38,213 nt of DNA from positions 1 to 38,213 of the IMG/VR virus record IMGVR_UViG_3300044724_003433; one strand, written 5' to 3'. Positions within the stretch are counted from its first letter, which is position 1; every line of letters begins with the position of its first letter. This DNA is from a virus (lineage: Duplodnaviria > Caudoviricetes). The position numbers and the translations under genes are program-made. The notes beneath the pieces were generated by a model. That model searched no databases. It was given only the letters and a program-made list of their open reading frames with translations, and was not told where the DNA came from. Shown piece by piece: positions 18,594 to 32,100 of the stretch.

Positions 18594-20147
18594 TTAGAAC
18601 TGCAAGATAACTTTTATGTCTTCTTTTTGATTCGACGATCTTGTAATCGAAGGTCTATTATCTACGTATATAATATTACCAGAATGCTGTTTTACCTCTG
18701 GGGATGCAACACCTGTAGTAAAATCCATTCCAAGATAATATGTACGATTATTTATCGTCGTTTTGTTATCGTTAAATGTACTGTCAATACTCAGAGTTAA
18801 TCCTGTAGATGGGGTGATCGCCAATGATCCATTTCCAGTTGGACTTCCAGTAAAATCTCTTAAGGTATATCCATAAGTTGGGTTAGTAATCCCTATTCCA
18901 GCAGTAGAGAATCCAGCAACTGTTCTATCTTGCCAAAGTTTTAGAACTCCAGTATTTTGATCATAATTTACAACTCTACCAACTGCTGTAGCACCAGTTC
19001 CAACTACTTGTGTAACAAATGAATCTGCGGTGAAAGTTGCTTCACTATACCCAACTCCAGTTAATTTTAAAGCAGTAACGGTACTTGCCTTATCTGTTGT
19101 TAAAACAGAACCTCCAGTCGGAGAAAGTGGATTTTCAACAATGCCGATTCTTGCAAACTGATTTCCTGTAATAAAATCGGGATTTTCATTATCACTTTCA
19201 ATTCTTGAATACATCAATACGCTATATGCGCCAAGTTCTCTATAAATGTCTGCTCCATGCCCACCTTGCGGTGTTATAATAACATCAAAAGTTGGTCTAG
19301 TTGTTCCTACTGGAATTCCAGCAGATTCAAAATCAAGAGTTCCAAATGTATATCCAGAACCTTGAGCAGATACAGAAACGTCACTAATTTTAGAGTCTCC
19401 ATCAATAGTAACAGTGCATTGTGCCCCTGTACCATCTCCGCGAATAGGAACTCCAGTATACGTCTGATTTGCTGTTCCTAAATCAGCACCACGATTAGTT
19501 ATCGTAACAATTTTAATCGAACCATCTACAGCATTATCTCTAACTAAAGCCGTATCATTACTAGTGCTCCAGTCTGTGGGAACTGGCATGAAATCTGTAG
19601 AGTCAAATTTAATGATGTCTGATGGTTTAATAGTGTAAAGATATTTCCAGATATAACCATCACCGCTAGTTCCAGCTGCCTTTGGTTCTAAATCAGTAAA
19701 AGTTGGTTCGTCAAGAGATGGTCTGCCAAGAGTGTTCTCAGGATTTGTTCCATTTTGTAAACAAATATAAACTCTGTAATCGCTATTCAACACATAGAAA
19801 TTAGAATTATATAAGTTAGTAGAACCAGAGACTGGAGCAATTTTTGAACGACTATAATCGTGACGATACATATCATAAGTCGTTCCAGAAGACCAAATTC
19901 TTTTTGGAACTACTTGTCTAACATCAGTAGAATTAATTCTCTTCAAAGCAATCATTGTGTTCCAATAATCATTTTCCTGATTAAAATTATCTTTTGGTGC
20001 AGGAGGAGATTCATTCCATGTAGAAGAATAATCTGTCGGATTTGGAAGTCCGATAAACGAATAATAAGAATTGCCCGCATCAGCAATTCCTGCGACAAAA
20101 TTCTTCGCGTTTAATATTCTTACCTGATCAGTTATAATGGCAGCCAT
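18594..20147 (-). CDS. gp8: Baseplate wedge subunit
   Basis: AIITDQ.RILNA.NF, W.SGTTYDMY.HD, YRVYICL.N, GDGYIWKYLYTI, P.GGHG.D...ELG, QKEDIKVILQF. Confidence 0.9.
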   Translation of the reverse strand: MAAIITDQVRILNAKNFVAGIADAGNSYYSFIGLPNPTDYSSTWNESPPAPKDNFNQENDYWNTMIALKRINSTDVRQVVPKRIWSSGTTYDMYRHDYSRSKIAPVSGSTNLYNSNFYVLNSDYRVYICLQNGTNPENTLGRPSLDEPTFTDLEPKAAGTSGDGYIWKYLYTIKPSDIIKFDSTDFMPVPTDWSTSNDTALVRDNAVDGSIKIVTITNRGADLGTANQTYTGVPIRGDGTGAQCTVTIDGDSKISDVSVSAQGSGYTFGTLDFESAGIPVGTTRPTFDVIITPQGGHGADIYRELGAYSVLMYSRIESDNENPDFITGNQFARIGIVENPLSPTGGSVLTTDKASTVTALKLTGVGYSEATFTADSFVTQVVGTGATAVGRVVNYDQNTGVLKLWQDRTVAGFSTAGIGITNPTYGYTLRDFTGSPTGNGSLAITPSTGLTLSIDSTFNDNKTTINNRTYYLGMDFTTGVASPEVKQHSGNIIYVDNRPSITRSSNQKEDIKVILQF

Positions 20148-20167
20148 TTTTGACGGACTTTTTTACT

Positions 20168-20175
20168 TATTTATT
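20168..20175 (-). promoter_or_regulatory. Late promoter AATAAATA
   Basis: In the gp7-gp8 gap, about 20 nt upstream of the gp8 ATG. Confidence 0.7.
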
Positions 20176-20183
20176 ACGAAAAA

Positions 20184-23100
20184 TCATGTGAACTTTTTGA
20201 ATCTGATATATCTGTTTCTATAAAGTTTTGATGAAGTCGATATACCAGTCAATCCATTTGTTCCTATCCCAGACAAAGTATGCGCTGGATATGTAATTTG
20301 TTTGGTCCTAGCATCCACAACAACCTTACCCCAGGAGTATTCTCCAAGGAATGATCCTGTTGAGAATCCAGAAACTCCGTAAGGATTAATATCTGCGTTC
20401 ACAGTTACTTTAGTTACATGAGTGTTAACTCCAGAAATAACTTGAGTTTCGAGTTCCATTTTATTGACAACATATACATTATCAAGAAACTCAGATCCAA
20501 CTCCAACAACTGTAGAGTTGTCAGTTCCAAGAGAATTTATACTTGTTGATGCTGTCCCTAAACTTGAATTTCTTACAATAAAGTAATCTCCTGTAGATAT
20601 TCCACTCAAAGTTACTGCAGATCCAACTAAATTAGCATTTCTCATTACAGAGTCTAGAGGAATGTGAAGATGGAACATTAATCCAGTTGAACCAACACCA
20701 ATAGAAGTAGTCCCTAATCCAACAATGATACCCGAATCACCAGAATAAGAAGAAACATCACAAATCTCTGTTTGTTGTGCGGGAGGACCGATAAGAACTA
20801 ATGGAGGATTGGATTGAGTATATCCAGATCCACCGTCAGTAATAGTAATTCCAGTAACAACTCCATTAGTAATTGTTGCAGTTGCGGTTGCAGTTGTAGA
20901 TCCTATACCAACACTTACATCTGGTGTGGTTGAATATCCAACACCACCATTATTAATTACGATTGAGGTAATAGTTCCGGCAGAAGAAACTACAGCAGTT
21001 GCCGCTGCTCCAGTAACAACTATAGGATTTACTAATTTTATTTCTTTTTGAATTGTATTTCTAAAGTTAGAATCTACATTTTCATTATTAAGATTAAATA
21101 ATGGTCTAACTCTATCAACATAGATTACAGTAGAACCAATACCAACAGATCTGATAATATTAGCAACTGGATTAATAACAGGTTCATAAATTTCTCTATC
21201 TTTACCAACTCCTTGACCATTAATGATCTTATCTTGAGTTTGTCTACACCAGGTTATTGGTCTTTCAAAAGTAGTATCAATAGTGTTTCCTGGTCCAAAA
21301 TATGGGAGAGTGTCGCACTTATCAACATTTGTGACAGTGCTTATTGTCCTAGTATTTTCTTGTTGATATGGTTTTTGTCCTAAATCTGGATTATAATTTA
21401 AAGTGACCTCATCTCCATATTTGATAGTTTCAATAACTTCTCTATCGATAACATCAAGATCATCTCCACTTCCTTTATAGAAGCAAATGTTGAGAGTATC
21501 TCCAATTTTTAATGGTTCCGAGAAGGTTATTTGAGAACCTCCATCAAATTCATAAGAATTACCTGGACGTTGAAGTATCCCATTTACGAATACTAAAAGC
21601 AATTGATCAAGTTCAATTTTTGATCCTTTTGATTTATTGATAGATACCGAAACACCAGCCTTAATCAATGGAAAATCAACTCTAGATCCATCAATATAAT
21701 CAGTAACGTCATCAAATGTTTCAATGAAACCTAAAGACCACCCAGTAAATTCATCATGAATAACTCTTTCAATTTCAATTTCAAATATATCTGTAGATGA
21801 GAAAGAAGAAGTAGTAGGAATTCCAGTCGTTCCTCCAATAGCAACTGTTAATTTATCTCCGTTACCATAACCATATCCAGTATTATTGATTTCAAAATCA
21901 ATAATGCTAGACCCCTGACCTACAACAACATCAATTCTAGCTGCTGTTCCTAATCCTGTCGTTCCTGAAACATATTCTAAAGGCAAATTAGTATATGAAA
22001 GCGGAGAATCGATTACAACAAAAGGTGGATTTGTAGAAGTATATCCGCTTCCAGGATTAGTAATAGTAACTCCAGTGATGTGACCATCACTAATTGAAGC
22101 GGTTCCAATAGCAACTATGTTAGATGAAGAAAGACTTGAAATTCCAACACTGACATTTACTGTAGTCTGAATTCCAGATCTATAACCAGATCCACTATTT
22201 CCAATCGAAATTGCTGAAATAGTTCCAGCAGCAGAAACAGTTGCAGTTCCACCTGCAGCAACTAAAGGTTGATATCCAAATCCTGCTGCAGACCCAACAG
22301 AAACGATCATTCCTCCTCTTGGGAAAGTAGAAACTCCAACATCTTGAGACATTGACTCTACGAAAGCAGATTGAGTTGTTCTACCTGTACCAACAAAAGA
22401 AATTGAAGTTATGCCAGTGTTTTCTGATAAAGTGAAATTGTTTCCTCCACCAATAACTTGGAATATATCATTAATTAATACAATTGCACCTTCATTATTA
22501 ATTCCAGTAATATCACTTCCATTAGACTTCAAAGTAAATTCATTTTGAATTCCATTAAATTGATCTGAAACATCATCGAAGACATAATTTTTGTAATAAG
22601 TCTCATTAGCAGTATTCGGTTGAGCTGTTCTAAGAAAACTTCTTCCTTGGAAATTAGAACTAGTTGTTATTCCAACATAGTCTCTTTGGTCTGGGGGGTT
22701 TGTTATGGTTCCAATCGGAGTGTTTCCATATGGTGCTTCAACAAAATTCAAAGTATTACCAACAATGTTGTAATTTCCAACAACTTTTGTTACCAAATCT
22801 CCAGTCGCAAGACCAGATTGGATATTTGTTCCCATCCACCCTCTTCGAACCGAGAGTCTATTGGTACTTCCAATACCAACACCATCAATTTTCATTATTT
22901 CATTACCAACTTTAAGTAAGTCTCCACCAAAGATAGAGTTTACACTAGTCAACTTAATAATATTATCTGTACTTAATACGTTATCATCTAATGTTGTTGT
23001 AGTTGCGGTAGAAACAATAGGAGACTGAATAAGATTATCAATAGCAACTAATGCTTTTGGATTCTGATTCGTCGCTGTAAACGTATGAGCAGCTCCAACA

Positions 23101-26100
23101 CCACCAGAACCAATCGAAGTTAAATCAAGAACTTCTGGAACAGACTTCAGAGAATCTTCTGCATTTCTAGCAAGTTTAATAGTATTGTCATTAATCTTAA
23201 CTACAAACACTCCAGTTGAGGGAAGTAAGTTTGTTGTAAGTCCAGTTGCAGTAAATGTAGTTTGAGCAATGCCAATTGATTGTTCGCTTCCAATACCTGG
23301 ACAAGCATAGTCAATTCGTTCGCCACTTACATAGAAATGATTTGGAATTGTAATACTATTAGAAGATGTATTAATGCCACTTCCAATAAAGGTTCTTTCA
23401 AAAATATTGTCATTCTTATGAGTCAAATTAAATGATCTCTTAATATCTCTGTCAGTTCCAGTATAATCGCCATATCCAGTTTCTATTGCTCCATTATTAA
23501 AATCAATAATGTCTTTTGTGTCATCCTCAATTCTAAGAGCATTGGTATATACACTGACTGTAGCATCAATTCCAGATATAGGCGTAAAGAGAATTTGAGT
23601 AGTTGCGGCAAGTCCAACCAAATTAGCAATTACTCTAGATCCAAAAGTACCAAGTCCAGAATGAGTTTGAATATTAGCAAATTCTGTACTAAACGTTTCA
23701 GAAGAAGATTCTCCTTCAATATGGTCATCAACAACAAAATATTCTAAGAATTCATAACGATTATTTGTAGTATCATGAACTTGAATCATAAAGTATCCAG
23801 CATCATATCTGTCTTCACTAAGAGAAACATGAGATGGATATTCCGCAACAACATTTTCTGTTGGAGAACCAGAAGATGTTATATTTGTAGTTGTTGATTG
23901 TAGTCTAGCATGTTTCAGATCTAAAGTAGAAATGCCAGATGATACTGAAGATAAACCCACAACTATAGTATTAACTATAGCAGTTGTTCCTATCCCTACA
24001 GATGGATTAAAATCAACTTTAATATTTGACCCATCAAGGTATGCTGTATATGTTCCAAATCCAATTATACTAAATGATCCTGGAGATGTAGATAATTTTC
24101 CATACTCAAGAATAGAAACATCAGTTCCATCATGAACAATATTCAGTTCTTGTGCCTCAAATTCATTTACATTGAATGTTGCAGTATTTCCATAAGATGG
24201 ATTACTAACATCCGAAGCAATTTCAACAAGAACCTTCAAAGAGTGATATGTATCTCCAATGCTAACAATGGTTGCAGAAGAACCAGAGTTAACAATAGTA
24301 CTGTCTGAGTCAATTAATACTCCTCCAATAGAGGTAGATCCTGTACTAAGATAATTATCATTTAAACCATAAGAAATTGACGTGACATGATAATCGTTTA
24401 CCGATGATTTGGTTGGATAGAACTGCAGTTGACCTTCCGTACCAAATATTGAAAAATCAAAAGACCCTTGATCATACTTAGTTTCTACTCTTGCATATTG
24501 GTTAATATATCCAAAAAATCCATCATGGATAATATCTACGATCAAACCTTGTCTTTCTTGAGTAAATCTCTTATCTTTTAAATATGTAAAATATTTTTTA
24601 AATCTATAATCACTGAGATTAAAAGTATTAACCACACTAAAAGCAGTTGCTCTAGGATTACTATTAAATTGTGAACTTATGTCGTCAATGGAAAGGACTC
24701 TATTTCCAAATGATTCAGTATAATCCGTTAAGATTTTGCTATTGAGAGTGATCTCATTGGAGAGAATTGTGCCATCTGAAAGGTTTAAATTATTTTCTGT
24801 GGCAATATCAAAGTCAAATACGCAATTTGTATCTATTACCTCATATACATCACTCACAATAGTAACATCAGATAATTCTGTAGAGACGCCAACTCGTAAT
24901 GGTTGATCTAAATTTGTTGATTCAACTTGAAGGTCGCCAAATTTTCTATATCCAAGAGTGTGATTTACAGCAGATACTACATCTTTCCAGTCATCAAATG
25001 GAACTGTACTCTTTAACGAATATGAGAAATTTTGATAGTAGAGATTATCCTGCAACCTCTGCAGATTATCATTCAAATAACCAGATCCAGTTTGGTTGCC
25101 GCTGAATATTTGAGAAGAAACATCAGTTTCAAAATAAGATTCATATGATGTCACTTTTGAAGCAACTCCAGAAAGTTCTGAAGTAAGTCCTCTTATAACT
25201 TCTTCTGCTACAAAATTATCAGACGAAAGAACTCTGAGGGTTTTTGTTGTCCTATCCCAACTTTGAACAACACCTTCTTTTCCATTAGTTGTGACTTTTT
25301 CTCCGCTGAGATAATCTCCTGTAGATAGTTCTACTGAAAAAGTTGGAAAATGTTTCTGCGCTATTATTTGCCCAGATGAGTTAATTAAGTCAATCTCTCC
25401 TGGAATTTCTCCTTCACTCAATTGATTACTTAAATTATACGTAACAGAACCAATTCCTCCAATATTAGGAGTTACCGCATTGAGAGTGAACAATTTATAT
25501 CCATAGTCTTTTGAATTATAACCCTTAATAGTAGTACCAACACCAACAGTACTAATATTTTCGATCATTACTTGATCACCAACTTCAAATGGGAATAATG
25601 TACTAAATCCAACAGACATTTGTACAGTTACGTCTTTAGTAACTGTATTAAATCCAACTGTACTAATTCCGACTCCATTAGTATTTTTTATTGGCAATAT
25701 TGTTGGAGTGGAATTATTAATTCCTCTAGTATTACTTAAAATAGTTACAGTTGAGTCTCCCAAAGAATACTCAGCAGAAATATCAGTAATTTGGAGTCCA
25801 GTTTTACCATCAAAGAAAAGTAATTCTGGTGCTGAAGAGTATCCTCTTCCTCCAGAAACTATTTCAATATTTTCAATTTTGGCAAAAGAATCTACATTAA
25901 TAATTTGTGGAAGAGACGCACTTGGTTTTAGTGTTTTATCTGATGGGAAGTCATATCCAATATCTTCTACTTTTATTTTTTCAATAACTCCAATGTCTTC
26001 ACTAACTGATACTAAATCTCCTCCTACCCCATCAATTGAGTTAATAGACGCAATTGAAGGCAGTGTGTTGTAGTTCTTTCCAGAACTAGTAACTTCTACT

Positions 26101-29100
26101 CCAAATATTGGGCCACTTGCATGAGTACAATCGGTTGTGTAAGTTACACTAGAAGAAGTTGATACATATGAATTTGCTTCAGGAATATTGGGCAGTTCAA
26201 ACGTAAAAAAGTTAGTTCCAGCAACAGAAATTCTTCTATTTCCATTGTAAACACTATCTTGTGAAATTATAGAATTGTGGTTTAAAATTTCAGAGTCAAT
26301 TATTATTTGTGATTTTTCTATAGGAAGATTTGTATTGGAAACTGGATCTAACGAATAGTATAATTTTTCCGGTGTAGTATTGCCAATAGAAACTATTACA
26401 TTAGATGAAGATATTCCAGCAGACCCTGTTCTAGATACACTAAAAGTTGAAGATGATTGATCCGTTTCCCAACGATTAGTATATTTGTCATTCAAATAGA
26501 AATTAAGTTTAAACGCAGAATACTGAGTAGACTGTTGAACAAATCCTAAAGAAGAATCTGAAATATCAAAGTTTATTGTAGAACTTCTGTAAGCTTTGAT
26601 GAGGGGATTAACGAGACCAAACTCACCAAACGATGTACTTGCAATACCTACAACACTTGGTGTTAAACTCGTTGAATCGTAATAAGTATCAGATAATTTG
26701 ATATTGTCATTATCAACTTTTACGATGTAGTAAATTTTATCATTCTCTAATCCTTCGCAGGGATCCGTTGAAGAATGAATTACCTTGTCTCCACTTTCAT
26801 ATCCATGATCAGATATGCTGATAGTATTAGTAGAACTGTTAACACCTACGGCACTAAAAGTTTTTATACCAACCAACACACGTCGATTAGTATCGTTGTA
26901 CTTCACAATATACGTTGTTGCGACTGATGGATTAACACTAACATCAACAAAATGTCCCTTTTGAAGTCCATGATTTACGTCAGTGATTACAGTGACAGTT
27001 CTCTTTGCTACGTCTCCAGTAATATTTGTATAGTTTGTCGTAAAACTATGAGTGTTACCAACACCAATTTCAGTAAAGAATAAAGTCTTAGAAGTGTTTC
27101 CTACACCAACAAAACCACCAGTGGTTCCAAGTCCAACTCTTTGAGTTGCAATACCAATCAAATCATTTGAAATCTTAGCAACAAAAACTTCTTGCCCATC
27201 AGTTAATGTTTGAGCAACTCCAATATTATGATATTCGTTATAAACAATACCTTCTCCTCCATTTGAAGAATATGTTAATGTATCACCTGTTTCTAACTTA
27301 TGATTTTTTATATAAAGAGATTTAATAGGAACTGCAAAAGTACTAGCACCAGAAGTTGTTCCGAGTCCAACCGTATTTAATCCAAAAGAACTAAATTGAA
27401 GTACCGATCCAATTCCAACAGCAGTAGTACCAAGACCTACAGTTTCTGATGGTTCAAAATATATTTCTCGGTTTTTCTTAAAATTGTATCTTGTTTTGAA
27501 TCCAGAATTTATTGTAAATCTTCTTGGATCTTCAGATAAAACAGATCCAATAGTATGAATTGCACCAACAGTGCCATTTACTGCTCGTAAAACTCTAAAT
27601 CTAGAATTTGTTCTATCTATATTTAAAACTTTTACTTTTTCTGTTCCAATACCCAAAATATCATTTGGTATAATATTCGATTCAATCAAACTTGATGATA
27701 CATTAAAGAAAGTTACTAATCCTGTAATATTTGTATCTCCAATAGCAACTCCCGTAGTTCCCAGTCCAACTATTTTAAAACTCTCACTTGAAACACCAAT
27801 TGAATATGAACCTTCAATTTTTGATGATGTTGTAGAAATGCCACTAATATTAACAATGTTTACATTCTGAAGATTATGAGGAGACGCTGATTGTACAGTG
27901 TATAATCCTTTTTTATTCGAAGGGATTAGTTCAACATTGGACACTTGAGTTGTAGAGGAATTTAGACTAGTAACAGATTTGCCATGTAGTCTAGAAATCC
28001 TTCCAGCCGCTCCAAATCCAGTTGTATCCCCGTCAGAAAAGTTTAATGTATCTCCAACTTTATAATTATCTCCAGGACTTTTTACTTCTACTTTTGAAAC
28101 TTTTCCTTTATTTGTAGATGTAATTTCTCCAGTTTGAGATAAATTATTTGGAGAATATATGTAGGGATAGTCAATATCATCTTCTCTCAAATTATATGAA
28201 ATGGTATTTCTACACCAATTATTTGATTCAATATCATAATCATCTTGATTGGAAGATTTTTTAAAGTTAAACTCATTTGGAGTAGACTTATACTTGTCTC
28301 CTAAAATATATGGGAATACTGGTCGTTTGTAATTTTCAAACGACCCAGAAGATTCTACACCATCAGGATTAACTGTAGCAAAATAAGCATAAGTTCCATT
28401 TGGATATTCTGGTGTTATACAAAATCTTCCATTATTTCTATCGAGATAAGAATCATCACCATTTTCATAATAAGTAAAATCTTCTACAAAAAATCCTAGT
28501 GGAAAAACTGAAACTGATGGTCCATTTACGCGGGATGTATTGAGTCTATAACTGGACTTCATTAATGTAACTACTCCACCATCATTATTAGAGTATCCAT
28601 ATGGACCATAGATTGGATTTCCATCATAGGCCCAACCAATAATTGGAGAGTGGTCTGTAAATACTGTTTCTTGAGAATTTACTATTTTTAAATCAGGTTT
28701 TCCATATAAAATCTCTCCACCTTCCGAAACCGAATACACCATTTCTCTTAATGGTCTTGGTGCATATAGTGAGTAACATTGCAGACCATATTTGTCGCTC
28801 AGCGATTTTTGTAAAATAATATCATCGGATTCTATTACATTATTAACATATAATTTTTCAAATAAGTTTACTCTCCACTTTTGTATCTCTGGAATAAAAG
28901 AAAAATCTTCCTCTGATGTAACGACTTCAATAGATACTTCTCCAGAAATGTATCCTGATCCTGGTTCTATAACCTTTACTTCGCGAAGACTTCCATTTAC
29001 AAAAATTGGAGTTAAAACACACCCTACTCCAGAAGTAGATATTATTTCTAAGTCTGGAATGGATGTATAATTAGAACCAATATTTTCTATAATAACTTCT

Positions 29101-32100
29101 ATGATTTTACCATCAGCAGAAACAATGGGTTTGACCTGGGCGTTTCTTCCAGAAATTACAGAGACATCTGGCAATTTATTAAAATTAATAATCTCTTTAG
29201 TTCCGTATCCAGATCCTTTATCTGATAAATGTACTGATGTTAGTTCTCCTCTAAAAATAGGTTGAACTTCTGCTTTATATGCGCTCGATTCAATCCCCGT
29301 GACAGTTGCTATACCAACAGGACCCTCTACAACAACAGATATTAGAGGATAATTAAAAGTTTGAGTTCCCGAACCAGAACTAGTTAAATCAATATATTGT
29401 TTTGTTCTGTAGAAGAAAGTTTTATCAGTAGATGAACCAACTTCAGATAATTTAAATGTATCACTGTCAATTGCCGTAACGTAGTAATTAGTTCCATCAC
29501 TTAATCCGCCGATTGCACTTGTTCCAGCAGAATACTTTAATGTTTCTCCAGATTTATAATCATGATTTTCTATGGCAATGGTGTTAGATGAAGTGTTAAT
29601 ACCAGCAGAAACAACTGTTCTTTTTTTATTTTCATACCCAGTCCCATTATCAACAATGTTTATTGAATCAATGATAGACTTTTTCGCTACACACTCTAAG
29701 GTATGTTTTCCAATACCGTAAGAGGATAAAACAACCGTATTAATACCAACAATTGCTTGTTCTAAAGTATTGTGTAATTTAATTGTAGTTGCATCAACAA
29801 CTTCTGCAAAATACGTTGAATTAGTTGATAGACCACCGACTACCTGTTGGGAATTTGGTTTATATACTACCTGCTCTCCGTTTCTAAATTTATGATAAGT
29901 GGAGAATCCAATAGTAGAAGTAGTACCTAAGGAAACTTTATTAGATTGTAAATCGGAGAAAAATTCTACAGAATGAGAGATTAGTTTTGTATTTACTGAT
30001 GCTCTAGCATTAATTCCATTTCCACCTGTTATTGAAACAGTGGGAGTTTCTGTAAAATCAAATCCTCTATTAATTAATTGTATTTCTCTTAAACTTCCGC
30101 TAATTGCAAGAAATCCAGTCGCACCAGTTCCAACAGAATCTGATATACTTAACACTGGTGGATTAATTACGTCAAATCCGTTTCCTGGAGATGATACTTC
30201 AATTTTTCCTACTTGTCCAGTGTGAACTATATCTTTTGATTTATAATTTAAAATTTCAACACCATTAATTAATATTCCAGTGGCTCCTGGTTTTGTTTCA
30301 GATTTGACCTCATTATCAATTTGTGTTGAAATTTCTCTATAAAGTTTCTGAGAATCTATATTTTTACCTCTAGTTTCCAGCAATTCTATAGTATTAGAAG
30401 TAACTGTATTTGTTGACTCTACGGTTACGAAATTTGATGTATATAAGTTAGATAAAGATTTTGCTAGTTTTAAATTATTATTATCTACTCTAAAGACATA
30501 ATATGCTCCTTCGCCACCAGTATCTCCTCCAAATAAAGATGAAGTAATAGAACGATTAGTTACAGATTCTCCATCAAGAGAAACAGTTGTTGTGCTTACT
30601 TGAGGAGTGTAATATACAGACTCTCCACTATAAAATCCATGATCGTTTATATTCAATGTTTCACCAAAAAATGTACCACTAAAGGTTTTTAGTGATTTTG
30701 CTGCAATAATTGGTACATCTTTAAATGAGGGCAAAGAGTTTGATGCAACTAAAATTGAATTGCCATATTGTTTTTTATAGACATTTTGAACGTTTGCGTG
30801 AAATTTATTAATACTAGGAAAAGTCGAAGACGTAACTTTTCTCAATTTTTTCAATAAAGAATAACTTGATGATACATTAATAGTATCGGAAGTTTTAATT
30901 GTTATAATTTTATCTGTAATAATATCACTAACTTTTGCATCAAAAGATGTCGCTCCAGTCAAAGAAGTTATAGTTACAGAATCTCCAAGAGATAAGTAAT
31001 TTTCTTTGTTTAAAGTTAATTTGTAAGTCTTTGGTGAAACCGTACTAATTAATTCAATTTTACTAATTAAATACTTAACGGGGTTGTTATATAACCAGTT
31101 TTTAAATTTAAATGAATCATCTTCAATACCAAGAGTTTTTATATTAAATTTATCTCCTGGTTTATAGTCAAATATACCATTTTGTTTTGAAAAACCAGAC
31201 AGAACCGACGAAAGACGAACTTCAATGGGATTGTTATTATCATCTGGTTTTATTGAAGCAAAATCTTCCGTACTTAAAGTATCACCGTCAATCAAAGTAT
31301 CTGTAATATTGCTACAACCTAAAAATTGTGTTATTGTTTTAGATGTATAAGAAACAATACCTGTTGTATTTGTATTTGAATTTGGATATTTTACATAAAT
31401 CTCTCCAGAATTTGGAAATCCAATTGTTGAGTCAACATCAATAAAAGTAGATCCTGTAGATACATTTCCAATAATATGAGTTTTTGGTGCAACTTTAAAA
31501 GTACCGACAGTTGATCCTAAAGATCTAGAATCTCTGTTATATCCATCATCATAAGAAAGTTTATAGTAAGTTTTTCCAGTTCCGGCATTTACTTTTTCAA
31601 TATCATATATTGCGGTATATGTTTCATCATTATCCCCTTGAAATATAGTTTTACTCTCTAATTCTGAAGGATTGCCAGTAATTGATTCTACTAAAAAATT
31701 GGAAGTTACTAAATTATTGGCATTTGAAGGTGTAAGTAGATAATCTCTTGGTTTTGTTATCTCAACATTTACACCATAGAGAGATTTAAATAAAATTTTG
31801 TAGGACTCATCAGTTCCTTTAGATGAGTAAAAGTCTTTTGATTGCTTTATAAAGACATTTTGATTTACATTTGATGATAAAGGTCTATCAGATAATCCAG
31901 GCAAAAACTGAATTTTAGTTTTATTTAAAAATTCTTTTAAGAAAAGGCAACTTAAATTTTCTACTTTTGCTCCATCAGAATGCTCGGAAGCTGAGGTAGA
32001 ATTGAAGACAAGATCCCCTTGTTTGGAATCTGATTTATATGATGTTACTCCAACAAATCCTCTAACACATCCAGTAAAAGAAGACGTAGTTTTTCCAGTA

